A stretch of 11,525 nt of DNA from an uncultured bacterium (GTDB taxonomy: Bacteria > Hydrogenedentota > Hydrogenedentia > Hydrogenedentales > JAEUWI01). This document shows positions 8,309-11,525 of this stretch, in pieces. The notes beneath the pieces were generated by a model that ran no database searches, was not told the DNA's origin, and saw only the letters and a program-made list of their open reading frames with translations. The position numbers and the translations under genes are program-made. The stretch is from assembly GCA_963977445.1 (NCBI GenBank), contig CAXBPH010000222.1:1-11525 (forward strand), written 5' to 3'. Positions within the stretch are counted from its first letter, which is position 1. Each line of letters begins with the position of its first letter.

Positions 8309-8322
8309 CAACCTTCCGGTTG
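8309..8322. promoter_or_regulatory. Palindrome upstream of hicA, candidate HicB operator
   Basis: CAACC-TTCC-GGTTG, 5 bp upstream of the hicA ATG and overlapping its RBS. HicB proteins usually autorepress through such palindromes. Confidence 0.45.
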
Positions 8323-8445
8323 TGTTGCCAAGCCACACTTGACGGTCGACTTCTTTCTGGCGTCTTATTCGTTACGTCCGATTTCACCCATCTCATCGCC
8401 TAGGTCTTCGACAGCCGAACTGCGAAACTGGCCATTCAAAATTCA

Positions 8446-10291
8446 CTATTCTCCATTCAACACAACGTCATCCACCATAAACACGGCCTCGTCCGCCATT
8501 TCATCGGCACCGGGTAACGGCGGGTGGGGTTCTTCATTCACGGTCTGGCGGTTGGGCAGGTTGCGGAATTCGCCGGTGCGGAAGGAGATGCGTTCGACGG
8601 ACTTCACGGCCTCGGCGAGTTGGGCTTTTTCGGCGATAACTTTGCCATCCACGGTGAGGTGGTAACTGCCAAAGGGCGTGGCGTCTATTTCGAGGGCGAT
8701 GGCATAGGTCGTCCCAGCCGTATAGGCGAAGACCGCCTTGGTTTCGGAACCGTCGACGTATTTCAGCTGGCCGTCTGTGTCAAAGCGCAGTCGAATGGGA
8801 CGGTTGCCGTAGCGATCCTGGATGTCGATATCGAGTTGGCCGTCGGTCTGGGCCGCCGTGGCGGTGAAACTGATCTTGGCCTTCGTTCCTTCTTGGAAGA
8901 CCCGAATGGCCCGGGCGTAGTCGCAGTTGTCTTTGTCCGCAAGTTGGAGCACCTTGCCGCTCGTTCCTTCGGCGATGGTGATGGGTGCCCATTGGGGACT
9001 GTAGGTATTCCAGCCGTCGACACGGCCACCAAGGGGGCGTGCGTCGAAGTTGTCTTCCACCGGACCGGTCACGGCGTATTCCACCGTCACCGGGATGCGA
9101 CTGACCCAGATGTCTTCTTTGTTCATGCTGTAGGAGAGCCAGAGATCGTCTCCGGGCGGGTTGCCGTTGCCGGGGATGATGCCGCGCACATAACAGGGTC
9201 CAAAATCTTTCCAGCGTCCATAAAAACGCCGGGGCGGCACTTCGCTCTGAATGGAGAGCAGGTTGTCGAAGAGTATGCCGTCGTCGCTGGTGACCAACGC
9301 GAGGGGGTAGCGGTGTTCGTTGTGGACCGTGGGGTTGTAGGCGATGGCATAGCGTCCATCGTCGGTCTTGGTGCCAAACTGTTTGCCCCCTGCCATGACA
9401 AACGTGGGGACTTTTGCTGGCTCGGAAAAGGTGACGCCGTCGTCGGACAGCCCGGCATAGGACCATTTCCAGAGGCCGACGATTTTGCCGTCCTTCCGCG
9501 TAAAATAGGAAAAGGCCTCCCGGTCTTCTTTCATGGGCTGATGAAAGCCATCGACACCGTTGTCTTCGTCATACCACTGGCGGGTGATGAGTTTGTCGGC
9601 GAGGAGGGCGTCGCAGGCTTCCAGAAAACCGGCGTCGTCTGATTTCTTGTAAAAGGGCAGGCTTGTATTCGTTTCATTCCAGTCGGCCTGGCTTTCATAG
9701 CGGATGAAGTAAATCGGACCATAGGTGCCGTCCGTATAGGCTTCGCGGACCACCCGACCAATGCCCCCTACTTCAAAGGGGTCTTCGGCATGACCATAGA
9801 AGGCGATGAGGAGCAGACGGCCATTGGGCGCCACATAAAAGCCCATGCGCTGGTGCATCATATAGCCGTGGGACCCTGCAGGCAGAACCGTATTGGCAGG
9901 GGCTTCATAGGGCGGGAAGATAATCTCGGGCTTATTCCAGGCAATCCCGTCTTTCGACGTCGCCAGGAGGGTATGGCCCGGAGCGATGTGTTCGTCCATG
10001 GGATTACTCAGGTATTGGACGTAGAAGGTATCGTTCCAATAGGCGATATTGGAGGCGTGATTGTAGGACCAGCCCGTGCCTTCGGCCATTTCGGGGTGGG
10101 TCCGATTGACCCGCAAGACCTGGTGGCTCTGGGCGCCGATAGCAGGGCGGATGCCCGCCTCGTGAGAATTGAGGTCCACCGAAACGCCCCCCCACATAGC
10201 GGACGGGCTCGTGGATACTTCCGGTCTGGGCGAAAGCCGATGGAACGCTGGACAACGCGATGAAAATAGCAAGCAACTGTTTGGACGTCAT
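8446..10291 (-). pseudogene. GH143-like (BT1020 N-terminal-like, sialidase-fold) glycoside hydrolase, frameshifted at G7 after its signal peptide (or an assembly error)
   Basis: GWSYNH..AYWN, DEH.AP, MHQRMGFYV, GIGRVVRE, YSMNKEDIWVSRIPV, WNTYSPQWAP and ERISFRTG match my recollection of the B. thetaiotaomicron BT1020 DHA-hydrolase module. ATG 10291 (RBS AAGGA) gives MTSKQLLAIFIALSSVPSAFA/QTGSIHEPVRYVGG, which is out of frame with the body. The span is 1846 nt = 3n+1. Confidence 0.8.
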
Positions 10292-10322
10292 AGTAATTTC
10301 CTTACGGTTTAGGATGCCGTCG

Positions 10323-10331
10323 AGTGTAGCA
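10323..10331 (-). promoter_or_regulatory. Putative extended -10 promoter for the GH143-like gene
   Basis: Minus strand TG-C-TACACT about 30 bp upstream of ATG 10291. Confidence 0.4.
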
Positions 10332-10391
10332 CAGTGCACCAAGGCCGTGTCACCACCCCGCAAGCGCACAAATCGAGGCTCCAGTTTTTAT

Positions 10392-10796
10392 GGTTCATGG
10401 GTAATTAGTGGAAATGATTTATTCGATATCTCAAGTGCCGGAGGTAAATGGATGACTCGATGGATTCTTGCGAATCATGTCGTCATGCTACTTTTTACAA
10501 ATAAAACGACAAACCATGGACGTGCCGCGCGATCTGGTACTCCAGTTCGTGCGAAGGGACTGTGGGACGTCGTTGGAGTTTTGATTCGTTGTGAGAAGTC
10601 TTCAAGAGGTCATTGGGAATAGAGCATTGTGCTTGGCCTTGATGTGGAGACGTAGTAGTATCTCCCAATCCGCGCACGAATCCTCCTACAGCCCCTTCGC
10701 ACGACCGGGAATACCGGATCGGGCGGCACGATTGATGGGTTTAATTTGTATCGGAGGCGTGAGTCTTTGTTGGCACCCATAAATTTCCCATGAACC
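10392..10796. mobile_element. 405-bp non-autonomous MITE-like element
   Basis: TIRs GGTTCATGGGTAATT (10392-10406) and AATTTCCCATGAACC (10782-10796) match at 14/15. Exact 7-bp direct repeats TTTTTAT immediately flank both ends (10385-10391, 10797-10803). No transposase ORF inside. Confidence 0.82.
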
Positions 10797-10889
10797 TTTT
10801 TATTCCTTCGTTCCTGACAATTTCCGAGATGACCCATGTCGTAGCGTTGTGGCACTATAGGAAGACTGGATGCAACCTGGAGCAACATC

Positions 10890-11525
10890 ATGAATCTACG
10901 GGCGCTATTTCTTATTCTATTCACCGTGTCAGTGGTATTTTCCGGCACTGTTTCGGCCCTTGAAGACGACTTTCAAGACACGGTCGCCATCGCCCAGATG
11001 CGGGGCATCCCGATCAAGTGGGACATCGACGCCAACCTGGCGACTTTCGTGGAACAAGCCGACGCGGCGGGCAAAGAGCATCCCGACATTTTTATCACGC
11101 CGGAGTGCTGGCTTGATGGCTATGCCGCGCCAGACGAAGCCTCCACCCGAGAGCGGCTGATGACCATTGCCCAACCACTGGAGGGCAGCCCTTATCTTGA
11201 CAAGGTTGCTGAGCTGGCGAAGAAATACACCATGTGGATTTGCTTCGGATTCAGCTCGCTGGAAGAGGGTAAATTGCTCAATGCTTCCGGGTTGTGGAAT
11301 CGGGAGGGCAACTTGGTGGGGGTCTATCACAAGACCCACATCCAGACCCACGACCGCCAGTATGATCTCGGCATGGACCTCCCCGTTTGGGATAGCGAGT
11401 GGGGTAAATTGGGCATGATGATCTGTGCCGACCGGCGCTGGCCCGAGACGGTACGGGCATTGCGTGTCCAAGGTGCCCGCCTCATCCTCAACCCCACGTA
11501 TGGCATGCATGGGGACTGGAACCTG
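10890..11525 (+). CDS. Carbon-nitrogen hydrolase (nitrilase superfamily) with signal peptide; 3' end beyond the window
   Basis: Manual translation, open to the window end: MNLRALFLILFTVSVVFSGTVSA/LEDD..IAQM..ITPECWLDGY..VYHKTH..GMMICADRRWPE, containing the Glu-Lys-Cys triad. GGAG RBS upstream. Not in the ORF track because there is no stop. Confidence 0.9.
   Translation, partial: MNLRALFLILFTVSVVFSGTVSALEDDFQDTVAIAQMRGIPIKWDIDANLATFVEQADAAGKEHPDIFITPECWLDGYAAPDEASTRERLMTIAQPLEGSPYLDKVAELAKKYTMWICFGFSSLEEGKLLNASGLWNREGNLVGVYHKTHIQTHDRQYDLGMDLPVWDSEWGKLGMMICADRRWPETVRALRVQGARLILNPTYGMHGDWNL

Noticed and set aside
8524..10263. Plus-strand ORFs 8524-9642 and 9790-10263
   Set aside because: Antisense shadows of the GH143-like gene.
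10198..10272. TTG start giving an intact 608-aa glycosidase
   Set aside because: The N-terminus is not signal-like, whereas another frame has an RBS, ATG 10291 and a signal peptide that joins the body exactly at the G run.
10392..10796. Retron msr-msd or known riboswitch
   Set aside because: No adjacent reverse transcriptase and no riboswitch consensus that I recognise; the TIRs plus TSD fit a transposed element better.
10929..11510. 193-aa minus-strand ORF
   Set aside because: Antisense to the nitrilase-family CDS, which carries the full catalytic triad.

Overview
GC-rich bacterial chromosomal window; the gene content resembles PVC-like or Hydrogenedentota-like lineages, but this taxonomy is only an inference. 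Left to right: a secreted glycerophosphodiester phosphodiesterase (-), divergent from an SDR/FabG-like oxidoreductase (+); a hairpin terminator; an operon of an SGNH/GDSL-fold protein and a 1162-aa PVC-type CxxCH heme-binding dehydrogenase-like protein (-); a ~700-bp non-coding cluster of REP-like palindromic repeats; a hicAB toxin-antitoxin pair whose hicA is broken by a 1-bp frameshift (absent from the ORF track); a GH143-like (BT1020 N-terminal-like) glycosidase whose signal peptide is out of frame at a G7 tract; a 405-bp non-autonomous MITE-like element with 15-bp terminal inverted repeats, a 7-bp target-site duplication and a long internal inverted repeat; and a signal-peptide-bearing nitrilase-family hydrolase running off the right edge. 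Family assignments come from motif recognition, not database searches.
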